A stretch of 64,000 bases of DNA, taken from the NCBI RefSeq assembly GCF_006345805.1, contig NC_043000.1, positions 70,494,001 to 70,558,000 on the forward strand, given 5' to 3'. The notes beneath the pieces are model-generated. The model did no database searches. It saw nothing but the letters and a program-made list of their open reading frames with translations, and had not been told where the DNA came from. Below are positions 55,201 through 64,000 of this stretch, in pieces; the stretch's first letter is position 1, and every line of letters begins with the position of its first letter. The stretch is from Octopus sinensis (Eukaryota). Both the position numbers and the translations under genes were made by a program.

Positions 55201-55988
55201 GGAAAAAAATCTCCCAAAATTCACTGAGTTGAGATATCACTTCAAGCAATGTCGGATACTATAACTTAACTATTTACAATGTGAAATCACATGATTTAAC
55301 GAATGTACCAACGAGATTTGGGTTCAAATTTACATTTAAATAACAATGGGTTCTAACGGCCGGGTATGGCCGGGTTGGTACTTTGAACCAAAAAATTGTT
55401 CGGCCGGCTACAGCCGGGTTAGTAACGAAAGGGTTAATGAAACAAGCCTAAATTCATGGTTATTTTAGAATTTAATTGAAACTCATGAGTGTATTTTGGT
55501 CGGATATATAGTAATGAGAGGGTTAAATACCTGCATTGATGCAAATCACGGCTGACTGACTGTACGGAGAATTGGGATATATTTGTTTGGAATAGAGATT
55601 CCATGATAAATATTTAAGCCATCTTTCAGCTGAAATTTAATGTTGTACAAAATTTTGATGGTCTCTTTCCAATTGAATGAATTAGAAATGTGGTGTATCT
55701 GCATGAGTAGTTGTTTGGCATAACCTGATTTAACTTTGAAGAATTTTGATTATATAGATTCATGTTTCACTATAAATTTGTGTAGTGCCATTGATAAAGT
55801 GATTTGTTGAACAATCTAAATTGGGAAATGTATTTTTTTCTGTTTATTAAGATTTTTTTGTGTTTTTTTTCTTTGCAGCGAAAATCACTTCACGACCAGG
55901 TCAATATGGTAAATCTGATGGTATTGTACTTGAAGGAAAAGAACTTGAATTTTATATGAGGAAGATCAAGGCGAAGAAAGGGAAATAG
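37262..55988 (+). CDS. RPS8: 40S ribosomal protein S8 (eS8), 6 exons, 208 aa; join(37262..37265,38756..38862,38959..39058,49381..49556,52682..52811,55879..55988)
   Basis: Spliced 627 nt gives [16 protein letters not shown]...ELGRPAA...[22 protein letters not shown]...[15 protein letters not shown]...[10 protein letters not shown]...[22 protein letters not shown]...KKGK*. All introns are GT-AG. Coding exon sizes 4/107/100/176/130/110 match the vertebrate gene as I recall it. Confidence 0.97.
38756..38862 (+). CDS. RPS8: RPS8 exon 2
   Basis: tttcag|GTATC...ACAAAG|gtaagc; (G)ISRANWHKR...AMTK. Confidence 0.96.
38959..39058 (+). CDS. RPS8: RPS8 exon 3
   Basis: ttctag|CTG...GAAA|gtaagt; [15 protein letters not shown]...WGSE. 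Confidence 0.96.
39095..39290 (+). mobile_element. tRNA-derived SINE in intron 3
   Basis: GGCGAGCTGGCAG...GAGTTGAAATTCC..GTCGACTTTGCCTTTC..AAGTACCA. Confidence 0.75.
39896..40554. mobile_element. MITE with long TIRs (GGATCTTTTC...GAAAAGATCC)
   Basis: Arms complementary over >100 bp; a related copy starts at 43536 and runs to ~44200. Confidence 0.8.
41114..44340 (+). mobile_element. piggyBac-derived non-autonomous element (host copy, intron 3) containing nested insertions
   Basis: TTAA flanks; (C)CCTTTCGTTAC...GTAATGAAAGGG ends; transposase remnant [24 protein letters not shown] at ~41713-41787. Confidence 0.8.
42041..43444 (-). mobile_element. Same-family piggyBac element inserted inverted at TTAA
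   Basis: TTAA|CCCTTTCGTTAC...CGAAAGGG|TTAA; near-identical to 54161-55433 apart from internal duplications and a subterminal deletion. Confidence 0.88.
45007..45657 (-). mobile_element. Deleted copy of the same piggyBac-derived family
   Basis: TTAA|CTCTTTCATTAC...GTAACGAAGGGGG|TTAA. Confidence 0.75.
46569..46640 (+). ncRNA. C/D snoRNA, SNORD35/snR73-like, copy 1
   Basis: Terminal stem CTGCA/TGCAG (extends to AAAGTAAT/ATTGCTTT), C box ATGATGA, D box CTGA. Guide TTTCACGATGGTCT pairs with 28S AGACCGUCGUGAGA and resembles U35 TCTCACGATGGTCT. Confidence 0.85.
47171..47242 (+). ncRNA. SNORD35-like, copy 2
   Basis: Identical to copy 1 while the flanks diverge. Confidence 0.85.
47862..47933 (+). 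ncRNA. SNORD35-like, copy 3
   Basis: Identical to copy 1. Confidence 0.85.
48497..48568 (+). ncRNA. SNORD35-like, copy 4
   Basis: Three substitutions; boxes and guide core intact. Confidence 0.82.
49381..49556 (+). CDS. RPS8: RPS8 exon 4
   Basis: ttgcag|GCATC...AAATTG|gtaagt. Confidence 0.96.
49937..50013 (+). ncRNA. SNORD51/U32-like, degenerate copy A
   Basis: C box ATAATGA, guide ACCATCTTTTGG, D box CTGA. Confidence 0.55.
51081..51172 (+). ncRNA. C/D snoRNA, SNORD51/U32/snR39-like, intact copy B
   Basis: Perfect 13-bp stem TTGGAAAGAGATT/AATCTCTTTCCAA, C box ATGATGA at 51096, guide CCATCTTTCGG + D' CTGA pairing with 28S CCGAAAGAUGG, D box CTGA at 51155. Resembles U51 TTGCATGATGAATAA..CCATCTTTCGGCTGA. 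Confidence 0.88.
51589..51682 (+). ncRNA. SNORD51-like, copy C
   Basis: ATGATAA, GCCATCTTTCAG-CTGA, D box CTGA, GAGAC/GTCTC stem. Confidence 0.65.
51922..52008 (+). ncRNA. C/D snoRNA, SNORD46 (U46/snR63)-like, copy 1
   Basis: C box ATGATGA at 51930. The 3' end TGTCATAGTTACA-CTGA matches human U46 as recalled. Guide pairs with 28S GUAACUAUGAC. Confidence 0.88.
52055..52134 (+). pseudogene. SNORD46-like copy 2, D box disrupted
   Basis: C box and guide retained, but it ends TTACACACTGT instead of TTACACTGA. Confidence 0.6.
52240..52336 (+). ncRNA. SNORD46-like, copy 3
   Basis: Body matches copy 1; C box at 52253, D box at 52321. Confidence 0.88.
52682..52811 (+). CDS. RPS8: RPS8 exon 5
   Basis: ttgtag|ACTGAA...TTAG|gtaagt; [10 protein letters not shown]...FMTGRLL. 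Confidence 0.95.
53102..55522 (+). mobile_element. piggyBac-derived element (host copy, intron 5)
   Basis: TTAA|CCCTTTCGTTACTAACCCGG...GTAATGAGAGGG|TTAA. Confidence 0.85.
54161..55433 (-). mobile_element. Same-family piggyBac element inserted inverted at TTAA
   Basis: TTAA TSD at 54157-54160 and 55434-55437; intact TIRs. Confidence 0.9.
55587..55672 (+). ncRNA. SNORD51-like, copy D (intron 5)
   Basis: ATGATAA, GCCATCTTTCAG-CTGA, D box TTGA, terminal stem; upstream flank similar to ~51025-51080. Confidence 0.6.
55879..55988 (+). CDS. RPS8: RPS8 exon 6 (coding part)
   Basis: ttgcag|CGAAA...AAATAG; [17 protein letters not shown]. Confidence 0.96.
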
Positions 55989-56109
55989 TTGTCTCAAGTG
56001 GGGTGTCGCCTATATTTTGGGGAAATCGGGAGATTCCTTGATCTCCTGCTGTGAGAGTGGTCATTCTTTCTGTTGGAATGCCTGTCAGAGATATTACAAT
56101 AATTGGGCA

Positions 56110-56115
56110 AATAAA
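56110..56115 (+). terminator. RPS8 polyadenylation signal
   Basis: AATAAA ~120 nt after the stop, followed by a GT/T-rich tract. Confidence 0.75.
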
Positions 56116-57164
56116 GTACAATTGTTAAGCGGTATGATTCTCTTGTAATTATTTGGCATCAGTATTCCTTTAACTCCTTATTTAAGCCAGCCATATCTGG
56201 CTAAATCAACCTACCTGCTTTTTGTTGAAACTGGCCAGATCTGCCTCCTCACACTTATCCTACTCATTGCCATATTTCTAACCAAAATACATCCCTTGTG
56301 TGTTTCATTTGATTTCTAAAATAGTCAAAAGTTTAGACTGGTTTCATTTTTAAAAAAATATTTCTCATCATGTTAATGTGATCTTTTGGAGAAAATTTAA
56401 CGAAATGTTCTCAACCAATTTCATTCCATAATTTTAGTCTCGAAGTGACTACTGTTAAGTTCAACAAAATATAGAATTAAGTTTTGTTAAATCATTACTA
56501 TAGAAAATGGGTTATTAACTAATATTCAATTAGATATACAACAAAATTTTACTGTGGAAGAATTGTGCACATTACTGGATTTATCAGCTGAATTTAGACA
56601 CAAAAGACATGTGTATCATAGGGGTATAAATAGGAGGAAATACTGGAATTTCTCTAAGGAAACCAAGAAAATAAAATACACACCAGCTGGATGAAATGAA
56701 CTCCTACAGAAACCTACAATAATGATTTACAAAAGAAGTTAATCAAAATTCGTAACTCACCTTACAGGCAAGCTAAAATTATAGATAGACAATAAAAATG
56801 AAGTGAATTTGAAAATATTTATAAAATCAAATCCTACGATATTCCTGTCATGAGAATATGTAAAGCACCCTGCTCTACATAATGCAACCTTGCAGAATGC
56901 ACATTAGTTGTTTCAGCAGACCTTCCACTGGGGCCCTTCCTTTTTTTTTTTTTTTTTTTTTATGCTGGAAATAGTCTAACGGTTTTCTCTCCTGGTAAGG
57001 ACTGACTCTTCACAAAAATCACCGTAAGAAAGTTTTTAAGTTCTTGCTCCATTGAGGTGCAGTTTTCTTTATCGCTGTCATTGGGTTTCTGACTCACTGC
57101 TTGACAGAATAAAGCTGGTGTCCATTTTTTTGTCAGTGGATACCCAGAAGACGACCTGCAAACC

Positions 57165-59730
57165 CAAGATGGGTTTGGAGACTTAAAGATCCTGCTGACG
57201 GACAAAGGTTTAGAGACATATTACTTGGGGCCTTTGACGAAGTAGAAGACAACTGGAGGTTCCTGTGGGACAACCTGCTAAGGGCCACCGACCGGCTCTG
57301 TGGATGGTGCAAAGCCCCCTCTCAACCCAAAATACCGTGGTGGTGGGGCAATGTTGTCGACAAGGCTATTTAGACAAAAGAAACATGCTTGGAAGAACAG
57401 TGGTAGCAGGAAAGTGTATCAGACTGCCAGAAGGGAAGCTAGGAGGCAGGTTTATTTGGCCAGAGTGGAGGCAGATAAGAAATAATTTGCCAATGTTCTG
57501 TGCCATGAGGACCAAGGACTTGAGGTATTTCGTAATGTGGTAGGAGAGAAATGTGTTCGCATGGATGATGGTTCACTTGCGCTACATGAGGATGCAAAGT
57601 GAGAGGTTTGGAGACGCCATTATGAAAGGTTGCTGAATAAAAAAAAATGAATGGGAGAAAGAGTCTGCCAAATGTCGACCCAACAGTTCCTTGGTAGTTG
57701 AGGCAATTAGAAGCGTGAAGGCAGGGAAAGCTCCAGGCCCATCAGGAATTACTGCAGAGATGCTCAAAATATCTGCTGGTGTCGGCTATAGCCTAGTCAT
57801 CTGTATAGTTAACCAGGTGATTCACGAAGGAGTCATACCCGATGACTGGTGTAACAGGTTAATAGTCAACAGCTACAAAGGTAAAGGTGACTCCCTAGAT
57901 ACAAATAATTACAGAGGTATCAAGCTGTTGGATCAGGTAATGAAGAATGTTACAGAGGGTCAACTTGGACGAGATGCAGTTTGGCTTCGTGCCAGAGAAA
58001 AGCACCACTGATGCCATATTTCTGGTGAGACAGCTGCAGGAGAAATACCTAGCCAAAGATAAGCCCCTGTACCTGGCTTTTGTTGACAGGGTCCCTCGAT
58101 CCCTTATCTGGTGGTCAATGAGGCAACTAGGGATAGATGGTTAGTGAGGGCTGTGCAAGCCATGTACAGGGATGCTGTAAGGTAAGGGTTGACAACAAGT
58201 ACACTGAAGAATTCCAAGGTAGAGGTTGGGGTTCAGTCCTCAGCCCCCTCCTATTTATCATAGTCCTCCGGGCAATAACAGAGGAATTCAAGACAGGATG
58301 CTCCTCTATGCTGACGACCTTGCTCTAATTGCTGAGTCACTGTCAGAACTAGAGTAGTTTCAAGTGTGGAAACAAGGATTAGAATCGAAGGGCCTTAAGA
58401 TCAACCTAGCTAAAACCAAAGTCCTAATAGGTAGGAAGGCAGGCAAACCACAAATCCCTTCAAGTAGATGGCCCTGCTCAATCTGTAGTAGAGGCGCAGG
58501 TAGAAACTCTGTAAGGTGCACACAGTGTAAGCTATGGACACGAGGTGTAGTAATATCAAAGGAAGGCTAACTGGGAAAATAGTTTTTGTATGTGGAAGAT
58601 GCTCGGGAGCGATTTAACACTGAAAATGCACAGTGACCAACTTCCGCCACATTCCAGGGAGAAAAACTAGAAATAGTTGATAGCTTCCGCTATCTAGGAG
58701 GGTGTGCTGAAAGTGTAGCTGCTAGAATAAGCATAGCTTAGGCAAAGTTCAGAGAGCTCTTACCTCTGCTGGTGACAAAGGGCCTCTCGCTCAGAGTAAA
58801 AGGTAGACTATGATGCATGTGTACGAACAGCCATGCTACACGGCAGTAAGACGTGGGCTGTGACTGCTGAGGACATGCGTAAGCTCGCAAGGAATGAAGC
58901 CAGTATGATCCTATGGATGTGTAATGTCAGTGTGCATACTTGACAGTGCAGGTACCTTGAGAGAAAAGTTGGACCTAAGAAGCATTAGATGTGGTGTGCA
59001 AGAGAGATGACTGCGCTAGTATGGATGAGGATAGCTGCATGAAAAAGTGCCACGCGGAAGAGGAAGACCTGGGATAATGTGGTGAAGCACGACCTTCGAA
59101 CATTAGGCCTCACGAAGGAAATGACTCGAGATCGGGACTTTTGGAAATATGCTATGCTCAAGAAGACCCGGCAAGCCAAATGAGACCGTAACCTGTGGCC
59201 TATGCCAGGAGCGTGATCAGCCCGCGTATGCATACCTTTCCTTCTTTGGTCACTAAACTCTGCTTGTGAAGACCTGTTGAGGCAAGTGATATCAAAATCA
59301 ATTCAATGACTGGCATTCGTGCTAGCAGGGTGGGTGCAAAGAGCACCATACGAGTGTGAACGTTGACAGAGCGGCTATTCGAGTATGATCGTTACCAGCG
59401 TCGCCTTGCTGGCACTTATGCCTGTGCTAGTAGGGTGCCAAGAGCACCATCCGACCGTGATCGTTGCCAGAGCAGCCAACTGGCTTCCGTACCCATGACT
59501 CATAAAAGGGCACCATTCAAGCGTGATCGTTACCAACGTCGCTTCACTGGCACATGTAAAAAGCACCCACTACACTCTCGGAGTGGTTGGCGTTAGGAAG
59601 GGCATCCAGCTGTAGAAAACTCTGCCAGATCAAGATTGGAGCCTGGTGTAGCCATCTGGTTCGCCAGACCTCAGTCAAAATCGTCCAACCCATGCTAGCA
59701 TGGAAAGCGGACGTTAAACGATGATGATGA
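57165..59730 (+). mobile_element. RTE-clade LINE, 5'-truncated, with repetitive 3' UTR and (GAT)n tail
   Basis: KAPGPSGITAEMLK, NYRGIKLLD, STTDAIF, YADDL, WPCSIC; tail ..CGTTAAACGATGATGATGA. Confidence 0.9.
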
Positions 59731-60496
59731 TTACAAACTTCAAAAGAGTTGATAAGAAAATCTCTAAAAATTCACAAAGTTAATATATCCCATTGGTCAA
59801 TGTTGGAAACTGTAACTCATTTGTTTACGAAGTGGAATCAACATGTTTTCATGAATGTATTAATACACTGATATTCTCATTTAAATATGAATGTGATTGC
59901 GGGCAGTTTGGTGAAGAAAAGGTTAATCCAAAAGTAAATTATTCATAAAAATCTTGAAGCTATGAGATAATACATAGTTAATTCAAAACTAAGTGACTAA
60001 ATAAGAATTGCATCTAACAGAGTAATCTAAATTCTAAAGGGTTAAGGCAGTGATTCTCAGCTGGGAACCACTCAGGCAAAATATTAAATTGGAGACCTAC
60101 AAAAGTATATCAAGGATCCATGAACTTACGCAATATTGCAAAAAAAAAAAAAAACAAGTATATAAAACTAGCTTTTAACCCTTTAGTATTCAGATTAATT
60201 TGTGAGTGTAATGCTTATTTATTCACATTGTTTTGAATTAATGGTGTGATTGCTTATTTCTAGAATGACATTTTAGGGTAGGTGTAAGAGGCCAGTTTGA
60301 ATACTAAAGGGTTAAATATCAAATTACTTTGAGTGTCGAATAGATTACCCATGACCCGTTGGGTCAGCTGGAAAGTCTGCATTTCCCAGCAAAGGAGTTT
60401 TGTTTCATGGGTTTTTCTTTTCCAGATTATTTCACATGATTTCAACGTATGTGACACTGAAATCATGCGTAAATGACACCTTTCCCCAGAAAAGGA

Positions 60497-60612
60497 AAGA
60501 CTTGGCTGCTATTTCTTGCACGCCCTGCTACCATGTAACAGGTATTTTGAGTCCTTTATCACAAATAGCTGTTACTTGGTAGCAGGGCATGTTTAATAGC
60601 AGCCAGATCTTT
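60497..60612. repeat. Hairpin/MITE-like inverted repeat
   Basis: TGGCTGCTATT..GCCCTGCTACCATGTAACAG pairs with CTGTTACTTGGTAGCAGGGC..AATAGCAGCCA. Confidence 0.7.
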
Positions 60613-61556
60613 GGAGCTGAGATACATTGAATGCACTTAGGAAAACGTTTTTGTAATTGTATTCCCTTGGGGAAGCTTTTGCTCTGACTCTCAGAACTGT
60701 TATCTAGATCAGCTGGTTTTGTTCATTAATTTCCATTAAAAAGATTTTAAGTGAAGATTAGAGAGAGTGCCAACTTACACATACCTGAAGTCATGTTCAC
60801 TCACTCATTCTCTCCTGCACATGTACATATGAAAATGTATGCATGTGTATTGATGTGTGTACATATGTATACATGACAACACACCCCTTCACTCACTCTA
60901 TTTCACATGTCTATTTCATATATATGTACATACATCTTTCACTTTAAAGCAAAATAAATAAATAAAAAGGTTTATGGAAATTAACGAACTCCAGAGAGTC
61001 AAAGCGAAAATTAAGATAAAATATATACTATTTCTGAGATATTTTGGGTACACACAAACATCTCTTTTTTTTTAATGGTTGAGAACCACTGCTTTAAAGA
61101 GCCAACAAATTAAGTGTTCACTCAAGTATAAGATGCAAATATTAGATGTGTATAAGCTGCCTTGCCACAGTTGGAGATGTGAGAATAGTCAGAACTTGTA
61201 CTAATCTGATGACTGTTCTGGTTTAGTAAAAGAGTGAAGAGGCCTTGGGAGTACTCTGTACGATTGACCAAATATATTTAGCCACTCAATATGAAAATGA
61301 GGTGTAAACCTTTTAGCATGCAGATTATTCTGTCAAATGTAATGCTTACTTATTCACATTTTGGATTAATATTGAGGCTTCAAATTTTCTGTGTGATTAT
61401 TTATTTTTAGAATAGCAATGTAGGATAAGTGTAAGAGACCAGATCTGGCCAGTTTAAACATGAATATCTGGGTCAGTTTAAATGCTAAGGGATTAAGCAG
61501 CATTATTGCTATTATCATAGAATTGTCAGAGATACAACTGCTTTTATTTGTTTCTG

Positions 61557-62155
61557 TTCTGGAATGAATATCTCATTTGTAAAATGACTAGTTCTGCTTA
61601 TCTTATAAAATATTTAATTTCCAGAATCAAATGGGAAATGTTCCCAGCCCAATTTCAGAGGTAGCCTGTGTTTATAAGGAGTGGAACATGTGAAAATTAG
61701 AATGACAAAGTTTTTGATGGTATGAAGTAATTTAAGAAATTTGGAACCAAGAAACTGATTTCTAGACAAAATGACGTATGAATTTCCTCTCCTATAAAGA
61801 GCTGTATTCTAAGAGACAAAGTGAAAGACAATGATAGAAATGATGTCACTTCACACTTACTGCTCTAAAGATTTCTCCTCAATGGCTTTCAGGTCATTTT
61901 TCAACTTCAATACATTTTCACATATATTCCTGGTGAAGCATGATCCAAACTAAATGTCAGGAAGGGTTTTCTTTCCCCTAAGATGATGAAAAGCTGGGTA
62001 ACATATGTAACCTTAATGATGAGGCTAAGTACTGCTTCTATTCTGGAATGAGTATCTCATTTGTGAAATGACTAGTTTTGTTTATCTTATAAAATATTTA
62101 ATTTCCAGAATGAAATAGAGAATGTTCCCAACCCAATTTCAGAGACAGCCTTGTG
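61557..62155. repeat. Dispersed ~115-bp direct duplication (61557-61672 and 62041-62155)
   Basis: TTCTGGAATGA..TCTCATTTGT..AATGACTAG..TTCCAGAA..CCCAATTTCAGAG present twice. Confidence 0.8.
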
Positions 62156-64000
62156 TTAGTGCATTATGTAAAACCAGCTATTTGGGTTATTTTGAATTCT
62201 GTAAAGTTAAATTTATAGTTACTCCATGTCCTAAAGAACCATATATATATACAGTAGTACTTCGAATTTTGAGCAACTCTGATCATAAATAAATCGTGCT
62301 TTGTATGTATATATATATATAGATATATAAAAAGCACAATTTATTTATGATCAGAGGCGTTCATAAACCGAGGTGCTATTGTATTAAATGAATATGAGAT
62401 AAAGTAAAATTCATTTATGATCAAAGTATGAGGTTCTACTATATATGTATATATATATATACAAGTTTTTTTTTTCAATCCATTTGAAATGGCAAACCAA
62501 TGACATTGAATCAGTATTGCATCTATTCATCATTGCAATGTTTGGAACTACATCAGCTGGAGGAAGTGCACTATTGTTGATCAGAAGTTTTTGAGTCAAC
62601 AAGGAAGATTGTAGCTAGAATATTTTTCAAATCAGACCTCTTTTGGGGAAAATAAAGCTTAATATAGTTGACTACCTGATTCTAAATAAGTAGTTGGAAT
62701 GCATGTCTGTAGGTCCAATTCATAGTTACCCTGAATCCTAAATAACTAGAAGCTATGGCAACAATTTAATATATTGATTAGCTAATAATTGCCATTAAAA
62801 TGAATGTATTTTGAATATCAAAATTTCAGTTTATTGTAAAGATTCATTCCCAAGATGCATCTTCCTTTTCACCAGGGGTTACAGTCTTAATACCAAAACC
62901 TATTTTAGCATGTCAATCTTCTGCAAATATTTAGAGAACCAGTTTTTCATCCATAGGTTTTTGTTATTTCATGAACATTTGACATTTATTAAATGTTTCA
63001 AGTAAAAGATAGTATTTTCACTCTACATATTGGGAACTGCTGGCCTAGACCAAATAGTAAATGTAAAAATATGAAAAGAGAGAAGATGCAGAAAAGGAAT
63101 AATTAACCCTTTAAGCATTCAGATTAGTCTGTCAAGTGTAATGCTTATTTTATTTACATTGTTTTGAATTTGTCATGTGTTATCTCATGGCTTTGAGATT
63201 TTGATGTGACTTTTTTAGAATGAGGATATGTGAATTTGACTATAAAACAAGTAAAACATTAGCTGGCTTAAAAATGCTAAGGGTTAATAAAAATGTTTCT
63301 TGGATGTTGTGTCCAACATTTATCTGGCTGACTCTTTCTGCCATAATTTTCCCTAATGTTTTTTTTTTCCCCTCACACCACTTCGTGGGGTTCAGTTTCG
63401 CTAGATTGGTTTTCACCATTTTCCAACTCTTCTTCAACTAGGTTCCTTTTAACTGACTGATTGCATGGTACTTTTTTAACCAACTCTCATATTACATACC
63501 CTAGGACCAGTGTACTCAGTTTACTCTTTTTCACTATACATTTAATTCTTGCGCCTAGTTTTACTTATTTCATTTCTACTCCATATGTGTTATATCAATG
63601 GAGAAAGCTTTCTACACTTCTTTCCAATCTTCTCGCATTCAATGCTTGTTTCTCTACCTCACAATATTATTTTTCTTCTATTCTACTCTTCACCCAGAGA
63701 GAGGGAGAAACCCTTTACTGTTGAAGTAAAGCTTCCTGAGCTTTTTTCCACCCAGTTTTTATAAAACACACATCTCCCCTTTGTACTGCAAGCAAAGTTG
63801 TCGATCAATCCATATCAAGCATTCCCATTTCACTGACAGCAGTAAGATCTTTCCTTCTCTCCTAAGACTTTTGTCTAAGTTAACTTCAATTTTTCTGATT
63901 TTTTCTGTCAACTATCTCATTGGCATACCTATTTTAGCACAGACTAGTTTAAATTCTTGGTATAGGCTTGGTGAACTGTAAGCAGCTGAGAACTGAATCC

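Noticed and set aside
62830-64000. Possible 3' exons of a minus-strand gene (FGIKTVTPGEKEDASWE*, LVEEELENGENQ*)
   Set aside because: No consistent exon chain or recognisable homology; stops in all frames upstream; could be a decayed LINE

Overview
AT-rich, repeat-dense animal genomic DNA, probably cephalopod (Octopus-like). That assignment is inferred from the RTE/SINE tails and microsatellite load, not proven. The only host gene I can support is a six-exon 40S ribosomal protein S8 gene (RPS8, + strand, CDS 37262-55988, 208 aa) with a TCT/5'TOP start. Its introns carry amplified C/D snoRNAs of three families: 4 SNORD35-like, 4 SNORD51/U32-like and 3 SNORD46-like. Candidate recursive splice sites or a 3-nt microexon sit just downstream of some of these snoRNAs. 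Introns 3 and 5 hold self-nested inverted piggyBac-derived elements. The first 36 kb is mostly decayed transposons: Tx1/L1-like, Penelope-like, HERO, RTE, R4-like, mariner, Chapaev3-like, Helitron, SINEs and MITEs. The most striking non-genic feature is a head-to-tail array of ~487-bp non-coding units inside a (TA)n tract (4281-5947). Each complete unit carries an intact type I hammerhead ribozyme on the minus strand, which fits a retrozyme/circRNA-producing element. Several more minimal hammerheads lie in nearby elements, mostly (TA)n-flanked and Penelope-type. All structures and family assignments were made by eye and from recalled consensus sequences; no searches were run.
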